The translations under genes and the position numbers were made by a program. DNA of 64,000 nt from Callorhinchus milii (lineage: Eukaryota), in the NCBI RefSeq assembly GCF_018977255.1, contig NW_024704756.1, positions 9,734,001 to 9,798,000 of the forward strand. Direction: 5' to 3'. Shown here one piece after another: positions 1-12,807 of the stretch (position 1 is the first letter of the stretch; every line of letters starts with the position of its first letter). The notes beneath the pieces are model-generated. The model had not been told where the DNA came from. It searched no databases and saw only the letters and a list, made by a program, of their open reading frames with translations.

Positions 1-1542
1 AAGAGAAACGAAATCTGTTGGCTAAATCAACAAGATAGCTGAAAGTATATAAGGGAAACTTTCAATAATAAGGCTATATCAGTAGAACATGAGGTGAGTG
101 GCCTTATAATTGAACATTCAAGTAAAACAAGTTTCTCAATGTTATTACCTTTGAAAATCATTACACTTCAACAATGTAGTAGTCTGAGCAATAAGGAACT
201 GAGATCAGCAATCAGCGTTCGGGTGAACAGAGGGCGCAGAGTCAATATTAAAAGGGTGAATTTCTGACCATTTCTCTGTATTACAGTAGACCAGCTTAAA
301 CATGAAACATTAGGATTTATTTTCCTGGTTAGGTATTAATATAGCATTCAATTTCACTTAAGGGTTTCTGAGTTGGCTAGGATGGAAAACAAAGCAGTAA
401 AGTCCTTTTTTTAAAAAAAGTCTTCACTTCTGAAGCTTTCGCAAAGGAATAAATGGGGTTTAGAAACCTAACGATCTACACGGGACACTATCTTAGATTG
501 CTTTTTGATAAAAGTAACACTGGCAGCAAGTTGACCTTCACTAGTTCTATTTAACCCAATTATTTCTGAACGTGCACGTGGAACCACTGTATGTGTAGCA
601 CTGTGGAAATGAACAGAATTAATTTCAATTGAAAACGGCAAGTAGATTACAGGCAACATTCCTTCCACAGTGAAGCTCTAATATTAAAAAAAAGTGGACA
701 CACCATGTCAGCCTATGGGAAAGAGCAAGTTGGAAAAGTAAACCCTAATCATTTAAAATTTTACAGATTCACACCAAGGGTTCTACCATTGTCTTTGCAA
801 TTTCAAATGGCTTGTTGAGTCCGAGTAATGCCACAAATTTGCTCAAGAGCTTAATTGCTGTTCATTTTCTTTGGACCAGAATGAAATCATTAAGTCTGAG
901 ATTATAAACCACCTCCTCTGAGGCAATGGACGTTCTGTGAAAATAATGGCCATGGTTTCCTTCCACAGCTTCTAAAGTCTCTAAATAATTGAACTAAATG
1001 GCAATCCAAAAACAAAGTTTTAGCCCAGTAATTGCTGGATGAAGATAAAGTATCCTTAAATAAGCAAGATCTCTTGCTTAATGCCAAGCTAGTTGGCATT
1101 TTTCTAAGTGGGTGGAGCGGAATCAGCCGCATTTGATGTGACAGAAACATCTTGCCAACGAACACAACCCTCTCTAAAATGACAGAGGTTCTATGATCTG
1201 TGTTTTGTGACCACGCCACAACAATGTGGCAGTCAGCAACATTGGCTCCTTCAGGCTTGTGGCGGCTACAGGCTTCAAAACCGGGCTTATTACAGTAACC
1301 TCAAACATTAAACACAGGATGTTGGCAGGACACCTCAGCATCACTCATTTCAACCCTCATCAGCTTAAAGCCATGACCTGGAAAATTCATTAGCTTTCTG
1401 CCGCATTTAATTTCACACGAATGAGGTGGCCAATCTCATACGCCAAGTAGTTCTTGAAATGTAGGTGGAATATGAAATTGATTTCACATGCTGAAGGGAG
1501 CCGAGTGCTATCAGCAGGTTAAAAATAAAGAAATCAAACAGC

Positions 1543-1574
1543 TGTGCGTGCGTGTGTGCGCGCGCCCGTGCGCG
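1543..1574. repeat. Alternating purine-pyrimidine (TG/CG) tract
   Basis: TGTGCGTGCGTGTGTGCGCGCGC. Confidence 0.85.
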
Positions 1575-1776
1575 TTGGTACTCAGACTCAGTGATCAACA
1601 TCCATAACCATAGCAACAGGAGCCTAAATGCCACTGGGCTCTCGAAGGATCAGAACAAAACAAAATTACATGTGGGGGGAGGGTGGTGGTGGGGGGGTGG
1701 GGGCGGGTGCAACAAAGCTGGCACAAAGTGGCAAGGAAGTCCTGTCATTCTGGCTCTCAGGAGCCAAAAGCACCAA

Positions 1777-1790
1777 GTTCCTATGGCAAC
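1777..1790. promoter_or_regulatory. RFX X-box-like motif GTTCCTATGGCAAC
   Basis: Close to the X-box consensus; a second near-match ATAACCATAGCAAC lies at 1604-1617. Motif match only. Confidence 0.35.
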
Positions 1791-1928
1791 GCTGATGCTT
1801 CGTAGCACGGCGCACAGGAAATAAAGAAACAAGCCAACGTTACATTACTAAAACAACGAATGTCCTGTGCCTCATGTTATTTTTCTATTTTTTGTTATTG
1901 TGGATTCTAAGCACAATGCTTATAACAG

Positions 1929-2057
1929 CAATAATCCTGGCATTTGGTATCTTGGCATTTGATACAGCAACCAAATCGCATTTTTTTAACGTCTCTCAAT
2001 GCTCTTCACAGGATTTGACTGTAAAGTGCAGTGACTGTTGATTTGTAGACAAATGCC
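1929..2057 (-). mobile_element. Degraded SINE 3' fragment
   Basis: AATAATCCTGGCATTTGGTAT...CTTCACAGGATTTGACTGTAAAGTG resembles the SINE tail. Confidence 0.6.
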
Positions 2058-2335
2058 TACAGATTATGCCAGGAGGGAAGAAAATCTGTATAGCATACTC
2101 CTAATTTCAGCAGTCATGGGCTGCGACTGTTGTGTTTTAATTATTTTCTTCGTAATGCACTGCTCATGGCCATGTGTAGTTGTGTGGTTTCCATGGTTAA
2201 AGGCACTTATTCTATTGTGCAATGACTACAGATGAATTCTATCAATATCCGCTTTGGGCTGCATTGAATATTGCAGACACTATTTGCAGAGAAGTGAGTT
2301 TCTCCTGGTATCGTGGCCAATAATCTCTTTACAAG

Positions 2336-2571
2336 ATAATAATAATCCTTGAATTTGATATAGCGCTTTTCACATCTTCTAGATATCTCAAAGCAATTCA
2401 CAGAATATACTGCAAAGTGAATTGACTGCATTTTTGTGGGCGAAATACAGGAGCCAATTGCGAACAGCAGTGTCCCACAAACAGTCGTGGATTGAAGTGA
2501 TCAAATTACTATTGTTTTTTTTTTCTTGAGATTATCATCAGTCGTGTGGAGTAAGAAAACTTGCCCAAGGT
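2336..2571 (-). mobile_element. 5'-truncated SINE
   Basis: Tail (ATT)n, body, and end at the TTGCCCAAGG motif. Confidence 0.85.
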
Positions 2572-4090
2572 AAGATCATCTATTGGGATATGTCAATATG
2601 AAGAAGGCAAACAGTTCAACAAGTATAAAGAGAGGAGCATCAAACCTCATTTCAAAGCTCAAAGAAATCAGAATTAGCCAGATTAGGTTAATTAACTCAA
2701 TAAAGTACCTGAATTTGAATCCATCTGACATTTTAATAAAATATCAATATCTGTGCCAAGATTCACAACGTTGTCCTCTCTAGGTCTCTTGTTGGTCAAG
2801 GTAGTTAATAGATAAGCTGCTGCCCTCCATTGTTTTTTAAAATACCATTTTTTTGTAGCAGATGATTACGTCTGATTTTTGTTCATCCAGTGGATATCTT
2901 GTTGCTCTTCTATGTTCATTTTTTATTTTGCTCTACACAGTACCTGCAGAGAATTGGTTCCATCTGATCTTAGTTTGTGATTACATTATGGCTGAATTGC
3001 AACTCGATTACAGTATCAGAAGAGAATATTGCCAAGTACAATCCAAAGCCAATTTGACAATTTTTCAATCTTCGAAAAGATTTTCCAGATCTATAAAGGG
3101 CTAAATTTTAAAAATCACATTGTTACTGCTCTGTCTGTGGGACCACCAATCTTTTACTTTATTTTTCCATAATATGGAGTACAAATATCTGGACATCTAT
3201 AGCTGTGGTATTATGCATTAATCATGAAGTTGTATCTGTTAAATGTCAAGTATAGTTGCTCTAGCATGCAAAACATGGTTCTCAGAAGATATCTGCATTG
3301 TTCAAATTTATTGAATACTAAGAAAATTAACTATTCTGTCAAAGACATTTCCAAGAAGGTAGCAGTTTAATCTAAAATTTACATAGAACATTGCCAAAAA
3401 ACATTGCATTCAGAAAACAATTCAATGTTCTTTATGCGTGTTTAAAAAATATTTTAAACACACTGAATGCTTTTTCTTACGACCCTAGGAGGAATAATGT
3501 TCAAGGAAACAAGCTCTTGCAAAAACACATTGAAAATTGTAATTGTTTATCGTACATGCAACAGTAATTATTGCTTCAATAAAAGAAGAAAAATATTAAG
3601 TTCCCCAGAGGCATCTCATTTCCAGGCTTCACCTTTTTTTTAAAAGTTATTTAATCTCTGTTCCTTTCTCTAGCCTTGTGATCTCATTTTCTTCCCTGGT
3701 TATTTCTTCCTTATAGTTTTGCATTTCTCATTTTGCCTTCTCTCTGACCTGAACCTTAGCATTCAATGTTTTGTTCAACGGCAAACCAAGCACAAAAATA
3801 GTTTGCATCCTCTTCGAATCAAATTCAGTAAACCATCTCAGCCAGTCAAGCAGACAGTGCAGCACAAGGTTCTGGATATGAACTCCCCTACGATAAATAA
3901 ATTATTCCCTGTGGACAGTCATTCCCATTGAGCAAACCACTTTAAAATATAGTACATGGTAGACATGTATTCCATCTCAAACCATTAACTAATTTGGAAC
4001 AGCAGTTCTGCATTAGGGACTATAAGACTTTGCAAGACTGCCCCCATTGAATGAATTCTTAAGAAATATGAATACGAAAATACTATACAG

Positions 4091-4475
4091 CTAATCCTTG
4101 CATTTGATATATCTCCTTATCATGCAAAAACACCTCAAGGTGCTTCAGAGTTTGAAAAGTTGCAAGTGAATGCAGCAGCAAATGTGTGCACCTTAATGTC
4201 CCACAAACAGCAATTAAATGAATAACCAATTTTTAATCTGGAAGACTGATGACGAGGGGACCAGGACTCCTTTCTCTTTCGAATAGTGCTGTGGGTTAAA
4301 CATTTGACAACCACCTGAACTGGTAGACAGAACCTCAGATTGAAGTCTCATCTGAATGACTGCGCCTCTGACAATGCAGCAATCCCCCCGGCACTACATT
4401 GGAGTGTCAGCCAAGAGTATGAGCTCAAGGTTCTAACAAGGCGTTCTGAACCTGTGGCAAGAGAGCTATTACCAT
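4091..4475 (-). mobile_element. Ancient Deu-domain SINE (SacSINE1/AmnSINE1-like)
   Basis: CTCAGATTGAAGTCTCATCTGAATGACTGCGCCTCTGACAATGCAGCAATCCC...TTGGAGTGTCAGCC is the reverse complement of the recalled Deu core; L2-type tail at 4091. Confidence 0.75.
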
Positions 4476-4588
4476 GTTAGGGAAAATGGTCCAAGTATAA
4501 TTCTATATAACCCAAATAGATGCATTGATTCACAAACATGGAAGGAAATATTTTTCTTCTGATTAATACATGGTGCAAGTAGAGATTT

Positions 4589-4703
4589 AATAATGATCCT
4601 TGCATTTGATATAGCACCTTTCACGTCTTCAAGATGTCTCAAAGCGCTGCACAAAATATACTGCAAAGTGAATTGACTGTATATTTTGTGGGCAAAACGC
4701 AAC
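4589..4703 (-). mobile_element. SINE 3' fragment
   Basis: CCTTGCATTTGATATAGCACC...GTGAATTGACTGTATATTTTGTGGGC. Confidence 0.85.
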
Positions 4704-5707
4704 AGGAATCACATTCATATTACAAATGTTGTTGGCTCCATGATTATCAAGCAACATCTCAATGTTTATCAAATTAATTTCCAAAGTTAGTAGTGACATT
4801 TATGATTTTGCAGTGTTGGATACCAGGACAGCATTTCACAAAGCCAAAAGTGTAAGAAGCAGCAAGTGTTATAATTGAGCTGTGTGAGTTATATACTATT
4901 CCAGTATCCTGCAGTTGACAGAAATGGAATACCGACTTCATTAAATAGTCACATTCATCAAGGAAGCCCACTCTCATGCCTCTATTCCCTTTGATGTCAC
5001 CTTGCCTTAATACTGGTGGTTCTATCATGAAAGAAATGAAAAGTTCGATTGATCTCTGGGAAGAAACAATGATTTTTGTGGCTTTGCTCAGACTCAGTTG
5101 AATGGGTTTAAGCCCACTCACATCAAACTAAATGAAGATCTGAAATGAGGAAAGTTCAGTGATTCTCTTCCTGCAGTAGCAGTGAATGTTTTTTTCCCCC
5201 AGTGACTTTCTAAAGGAGTTACTGTTGATAATTCTCCAAGCAATACAGAGTGAATTGGTGAACAGCAGATAGGACAGCACACACCTCATCAATTGTCCAC
5301 GCTAAGAACCACTTTTACTCTCAATTAATCTTCCATAGCTGACTATCACACAACAACTGCTCTTTTCTGATACCAGTTTTTTTTAATATAAATTGCAGGA
5401 GAATGTCAGAAAACATCTTATACATTGGATTGTATGTTTAGATCTGGTAACTATTTCAAAGACAAAGCCTGCCTGCCTACCATTGTTACATAGATTGAGT
5501 GCTAGTTACAAGCATGGCAGGTCTCCAGAATGAGAAACTTCATTTCCCAAGGTGAGGAAAAGCCATGCATTATTTAAACCTACAGCAGCTTGTTTTGAAA
5601 AGGTGTAGATTGGTTTATGAATGCATGTTCTTGTCAGGTTCTAAGCTCCACCAAGTTACATTGTACATTCAGCTCCAGCTGTCATAAGCTAAATGAAAGC
5701 TCTTAAT

Positions 5708-5790
5708 AACATAAGAAATGCTAGACAAAAAAGAGACCAAGGCCCATGTCATTCGCCTTCCACCCTCCCGGCAAGTGCATGGCAACCTTT
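5708..5790 (-). mobile_element. CR1-type 3' tail fragment
   Basis: AACATAAGAAATGCTAGAC...GACCAAGGCCCAT. Confidence 0.45.
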
Positions 5791-7974
5791 ATATCATATC
5801 AAAATGTTACAGATTTTATGACGTCAAGTAGGTTTATCTCACTAAAGGTTACATTTTTCCTTTAGTAGAATTTCACTGGTCACTTTAAAAGACTGAATAA
5901 AATGTAAAGCCGTTCCTTTAGAGCAATATACTAAGTACATTTTATGAGTTTATATTCCCACCACTCTTGCTTTTTGGTGTCAAAGTCGACTCTGTGGGAA
6001 TTGTTTTCTTATTGAAATCATTCTATTTTACTCTTCATTGCAAACCTCATTATAATTCTAATCTGATTAGGAAGTCACTCGGACAGCTCAGTCAACTGGT
6101 TCCTAACAATCCACCTTTACAAAGTCTTTTCAGTTGTGTAAAAGGATATTAGATGATAGCTAGATTGATTTTTTAATGAATAAACAGTTTGACAGCACAC
6201 GGCTGCTTTTGCTTGTATACTATAATGTGCTGCTGCAAATTATTTAATTTCCTTTTTTGATGTTTTCTATATCAAATATAATACATTAAACAAATTAGGA
6301 CAGTTCCACTCTCCCTTTTGTTATGCCAGTTATTTCATAATTGTGATGTGCCTTTTCAACAATTTTTTTATTAAACAGAGTTACTGTTACTGGTACTTGA
6401 GTTTGTTGCCAGATCAAGGGCAATGAACATTACCAATATTCAAGAGTGACTTGTTAATATGAGACTATTTTAAAAGCCTATTGTATGCAAACTACAAACA
6501 GTTTTGCAAAAACATCACATTTGTTGAATGTTGTCTTAAATCGTAATAGAGCCGGGTCTTTAAAACTACTTTAATGACTATTTGCAATGAAATCGGAATC
6601 TAGTAGTACAGAATTTGAGGAACAAACTTTTATATTACAAAATTGTATTGATTACAGAAGCTTTGATATCTAAGCAGTGAATAATTAACGCATCGGAATT
6701 TCACAGAATTAACCCTGACAGATTTTTAAATCAAAACATGATTTTGAAATGAGGTCTCTTACTCTTGCACATGAAGTAGATCACATTCACTGCACTCTGA
6801 TTAAAGTATTGATTTGCATTACATTAGTCAGGTGCATGTCTTCAACACAAGGTAAATGGTGAAACTGGACAATTAGACTTAACCATGATTAAAAGCTGAG
6901 CGATTTCCTGAACAAATACTAGACTACATTTTGCCAGAAGCATTACTCTGTCTTTAGCAGTTCATTAAGATAGAAATAATTGAAACGCTATAAACCAGCA
7001 GCTTATACCGTTACTCCAATGTGCCAATATTTGTTGCAAAAGGAATAACATTATTCATAGCTGTCCAAATTTCAGGAATAATTGTAATTCAATTACATAA
7101 AAGCATATCTATGATTGTACAATGTCCAGTAGTTGTAAAGAGTGCAGAACTCGGTTTTTCATTTGTTTCATTTGATTTCATTTCAACTTGGTTGTCTTTC
7201 TAAAATGAAATTAATGTATGCAGGTTTACACTTAAATGACACTGAAGCTTTAACTACAACATTTTAAATTCGTCAAAAGTACCTGCATTCTTGGTTGCAG
7301 GAAAATGTTCCCAGAGGTTACTCTGCTCCATCTGGTTTGAGTCGGCTCTGATTTGTTTACTAATTATTTGCAAATACTTTGCACTGTGATCACACAATGA
7401 ATTAAATTAAATTCAGGCAAGTATAGCTGCACCTGCAATTTGTATGCAACGGAAATAAACAAGCAGACATAATGATGACTACTTCAACCTTGGTGGCAAT
7501 CAACGTAATTCCTTCGATGAGATTGTAGTTAAACTGCATCCATTAAGTTAATGCAGTGAAAACATTGCCACAAGTGAACAGTATCAGTGATCTGCCACTT
7601 GTAGTGTAACGATGGCTACAGGGAAATTACTAGGATCAATTAGCTGACAGACACTAGTGACCCGTTAAGATTTATGCAAGCATGAAATTAGAACACTTGT
7701 TCTTTTTCGGTGATTGCAACAAATTTGAGAAATTTGCTTCCACAAATTGTTTGGCCATTTAGGTTTTTTTTTAAAAAAAGGAGTTTCTGTTTATGGGTTT
7801 TCACAATTGAATAGGAAACATCTGTGCATTATATTCATGCAAGCAAAAAAAAAAGAATATTTACTCCCAATATCTTACACAGGATTTCTTAGCAAATGTG
7901 CTACTGCATTAGAAAACATGTAGTACTCGTTCAGCATTTTTCTTTGAGGGTAGCACCCAAAGTGATTTTTAACA

Positions 7975-8225
7975 CTGTGTTTCTTGACCTCAGTTCTCAC
8001 AATACTGGTTTTGATTTTAAGACTATGCTCCTTTGTGATGGATTCCTCTGTCCGTGAAGAATCACCACTGCCTAACTTGTCAATCCCTTTCATTATTTTA
8101 AACACCTCAATCAAATCCCCTTATTCTTTTCTGAGGAATAGTAAGAGTCTAGCAACCATAGCTAAGCTCCTCCAGCCCAGGTATTAATCTAGGGAATCAT
8201 CACTGGACACCCTGCGAGGCTGGGG
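7975..8225 (-). mobile_element. CR1 ORF2 C-terminal fragment
   Basis: IEVFKIMKGIDK...ESITKEHSLKI...RTEVKKH matches the CR1 motif LIEVFKI.KG.D...TRGHSLK. Confidence 0.75.
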
Positions 8226-10320
8226 GTTTATCTCTTGTAAAAACAATCAGTGCCTAAAATGGGTGCAGAATTACAGTGGGAATCTAGTTTTTATTTGCAA
8301 TTGCAATCTTTTGCACACTGAAAAATCAAAGATTTATTCTTAAATGTTACACAACACTTCAATTTTCTATTGAATTTGCACATGAAAGTAGGAGCTCCCA
8401 ACTCCCTGCTGTTTACTATCTACTGGAGATGTCTAAGGATGCCTAGAGGAAGAAGACATCAAATGCTGCTGCTTAAAAAAAGTAATACAAAATATTCTGT
8501 AGATATTTGTGAATATGACATATTAGGGCCTTTTTCAATGTTACAATCATCATCTTTTAATTGGATTGGTTTGAATAGGCTAGAAATTGATTAATGTTCC
8601 AGATATCAGTTCAATTATTTAATATTCATGATGAATATGGGATGAAGTTGTCTACCTTATAAAACACGAAAACCCATTGGCAGGTTCACAGCTTGTGCAA
8701 CAAATAAAGGCATGGATAGAATGTGCATCTGCAGTGGCATGATTGAAATGAGGTGTATAATGATTCTCAATTTGCAACTAATTAATCTTTGGCCATTATA
8801 AATCAAGTTTGAGTCCATTTTAATACCTTTTGCTATTCCTGCCAGTCCTGAAGAGTTGATGCGCTGTTCAAATGAAATAATGTAATTAGTTTTGCGATAT
8901 AGAAATTACATTTCACTTTTCAGAACAAAACCAACATTGATGAACACTCCAGTCTGTTGCTATCAATTTTTAGGTTAACTAATCAAATTACTCCTTGGCC
9001 TATGCTTTTAAAAGTTCTTTTCTAAATTGATATGATCAAGGAATTGAAACGTACTAACTAAACACAGTAGAAAACAGCCGAATGAACCATTAATAATGCA
9101 AATTTCCTGAACGGAACTTTAAAGAAACACATTTTTACATTTCACAGTGTGGACACCTCAATTCATAAGATAAGTGCATGGTAAGAAAAGGTATTTTATA
9201 TATTATTCATGGATTTAATCAAAAAGGACAATCACAAAGACTAATTAATAATTAATATTTTTCTATCACTGTGAATAACTAGAGAAAATGTTTAAATCCC
9301 TACTGAGGTGTCCAGCAAACAGGTATTGCTTGTGGTATTGTTTACTTTCAAGGAAAAATCATAGCATTTTCTCCCCTCTCTTTGAATCCAGCCACACAAG
9401 CAGGATCACTCGACCTTCAAGTCACTACCTTCCAAATAAACAAAAGCAACCGGATTGAAACCCTTTGCCCTTTACAATAATGTTGGGGTGCAGTGATCCT
9501 CATCAGCCAGTGAGTTCATTCACAATAATCACTGAGGCGGAGACACAAAGTAATTTGAAAATAATGTTGATCAGCATCTTTGTACCGTATCATTGTGGCT
9601 CGAATACACTTATATGAACAACCCGTACTCTAATATTAGTAGAATACACTACTTACATATAGCAGAAGACAATGGGTAACTACTGTGCAAGAAGTCAGTT
9701 TCTGGCAGATGTGAAGGTTTTTACCTACTGGATGACATGCATGGTTCATTTTGGTATTAGGCAAGTGTTGGCAGAGGAGGTAGAGACGATTCAGGACAAG
9801 CAGCGGTATAGCTTTCAGGGAGAACATTACCTAAAGCTACAGTAACAGAAATAACCAGTGGAGCTTGGTTTGCATTTCGCTACTTTATTGATTAGCTTTC
9901 TAGGATAATCAAAAGTGAAAGCAGCTTTCTCATCTCTCACTTTGACAGACATACACTCCAAGTGGGATGACATTATGTCTCCATCACTTTTGATTCAGCA
10001 CAGATGAGAATACTTGTCGAAGCATCAAATCTGTCGCCTGAAGAACCTGCTCTCATCACTGTCTCGGAATTGTAACTTTGTAATACAAGCTTGAGAAGCT
10101 GGCATCCACGTAACCAAGGATTATGACCCAACACTTAACTTTTGCTGCCGACGGGAGCCCCTTGAAGGTTAATCCTTGGGTCCATGTCAGTATTATGCAC
10201 ATGGTCACCCAGCTGCTGTTCTCAGCGAACATAACCGGGTAACTTGAAGTTTTAAGCTGCCTTTTGTCAGTAGCAAACAACAGTTGTTTGTGGCTGCAGA
10301 GTTTGGAAAGGTGGATCACA

Positions 10321-10648
10321 AGTCCTGTGGCTCAGTGGTTAGAGCACTTACCTCGCAAGCGAAAGGACCTGGCAGGGCAAAACGTTGGGCAAGTTTCCTT
10401 ACTCCACATGCCTCTGTTTATCTAGCAGTAAGTAGGAACCACGTTGTTACTCGAAAACAATTTTTTACAATAAGAATGTGGTCACTCAATCCACGACGGT
10501 TTGTGGGACACTGCTGTGTGCAATTGGCTGCCGCGTTTCGCCCACAAAATATACAGTCAATTCACTTTTACAGTTTATTCTGTGAAGAGCTTTGAGACAT
10601 CACAAAGATGTGATAAAGTGCTATATCAAATGCAAAAAATATTATAAT
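10321..10648 (+). mobile_element. Older near-full-length SINE with a longer CORE-like segment
   Basis: Head AGTCCTGTGGCTCAGTGGTTAGAGC, then TTGGGCAAGTTTCCTTACTCCACATGCCTCTGTTTATCTAGCAGTAAGTAGG, then the shared body and tail. Confidence 0.85.
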
Positions 10649-12619
10649 AGATGCATTTAAAGAACGTAATATCACTCCAGTCAGCTTCACTCATGTCTGA
10701 CAATGTGGTGTAAACTTGCATTTTAGTCCTTCCATATCAACCCCCTCAGTTAAAATGCAATCTCTTTCTTCTGTCCTATGAATTTTTAAGTTATTGATGC
10801 GAGTACAAGTATTTAGATGACACCACATTCTCCAGATTAGTGTCTTCTAATTTGCAAAATGGGAGCTAGCATCCACTTAATTTCCTCAGCACTGATTTTC
10901 ATGCCAAACCTTTTTGCTGGCTGGGTACATTTTTGTCAATAGCTCCTGGCATTCTTCTTCTGCTTTATTCATGAGTACAATGTCATCGGAAAAAAAAACT
11001 GTTTGTCAGCAGGCAGCCATTAACGATGACCCCACTTGGATGCTGTGCTGTTACCTCACGTGTAAGGCTTTTTGGAAATAAATATTAAAAAAAGAGATAA
11101 ATGGCAACCGTATTCAAGCATCACTGATAATCTCGCTCATATGCTAGGGAAGAACCGCATAAAGACTGAAAAGGATTTAGTATATAGTACCTTTGAAATA
11201 AAGTTGTCACACCCAACAGCTTGAAGGTGTCACCCACCCTCACCACCACCCATTTACCATCTCTTCCACTGCTGATACAAGCTGCTGGAATTTTTCGCTC
11301 TCGGCAGGATCAGTCTGTTCATGGAGTTTGCCTGTCTGGAAGCACAGGCTGTGCAGAACACCTTGGCAACAGTCTGCAGCATAAATGCCTTTGGCCATCA
11401 TTTTTCAATGAATAATGTATCCATATTGTATTGCTTAATGCAGGGGTTTAACAATAAGACGATGATTACAATATTCATCTTGAAATAAATATATCCATCT
11501 TATTTAATATTAACTCTTGAGTATTTCTAGAATGTGGATTTACAAGCATGCTATTCTACTCACTGATGTATCCAAATTGTATTGCTTATCAACATTAAAG
11601 AAATTATACAGACCACAGAAGGGTTTGAAGTTAGATACTGAAGGATAGTTAATATTTATTAAATATAATTGAAATATTGCAACAGCAATAAACAATATTT
11701 TCTCCAGAAATCCTCTGCACCAAACTATGTAATAGAGATGGTTTTATCTACCTTACAACCTGCTAACAGCTGACAAAGCGATTTCTCAAGTATTGTACTG
11801 AATACTGCCATAATATTGTTGTCAAATCAAAGACACCAGAAAAGCTGACATTTTGTTTTCAGACAACAATTCATTTGATGAAATATTATGTGGTTTCTGT
11901 ATAATTTCTTTAACTTTGATAAGCAATATAATTTGGATACATCAATGAGTAGAATAACACGCTTGTAAAATTGCAATCTAGAAGCACTTGAGAGTTCATG
12001 AGAAGCAGTTAAGATTAAATAACATGGAAGTATTTATTTCAAGATAAATATTGTAATCATCATCTTATCAGGATTAAATCTGCAGCTGGTAAAATGCTTC
12101 CTAAATTGATGACCACATTTCACAAAATATTGTCCACACATTGGTAATTAATGTTCTATACACTGACGCAAACATGACACAAAAGTAATGTGAATCCTTT
12201 CCAACAATAGAAAACAAGCTGCCCAGGGGTATTTTTATTTTAAAAATTGAACAATATTGAACTTTAGCACATTCCTCATGACACTTCTGGTGCTTCTGTC
12301 AGCAAATTCAATATCTTAATAACGTATTAAGGTCAATTATCATACATCGGAGTGTCAAGGTAACTGGCAAGTCTCCATTAAGAATCTGGGCACCACAATT
12401 GTACCAGTTTCTGTCACTCTCCATGTATGCTTCTGGCAATCATTTCTTTCTGTCAAATAAATGCATAGGGCAATAAAAGTTAATACAATTACACAATATA
12501 TTGTTAGACTTAACATGCAATGTCATTTTTAATGTCTCCTAAAGCAAAATCTAACTACGTGGTTCAGTTGCAGTTTTTTTTTTAAAAAAGTGACATGTTA
12601 TTTTCTTGATCATGTACGT

Positions 12620-12807
12620 TTACAACACAGGAGGCCATCGTGCTCATTCTATCTCTCCCACTAAAGCTATCCATTCTAATCTTTGCTTTTCTCCATTCCC
12701 TTTATTTTTCTAACACTATTCGTCCGTTCCCTTTTAAAATGCTGTCATGGACTCAACTTCAACCGCCATTTGTGGTAAGGCATCCATATTCTAACAATCC
12801 TCTTTAA
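12620..12807 (-). mobile_element. Old CR1 3' fragment
   Basis: TACAACACAGGAGGCCAT...TGGTAAGGCATCCATATTCTAACAATCCTCT resembles a CR1 3' end in reverse. Confidence 0.55.

Noticed and set aside
1413-1832. Short ORFs with signal-peptide-like, RARARA or poly-G/P runs
   Set aside because: Translations of the dinucleotide and G-rich tracts.
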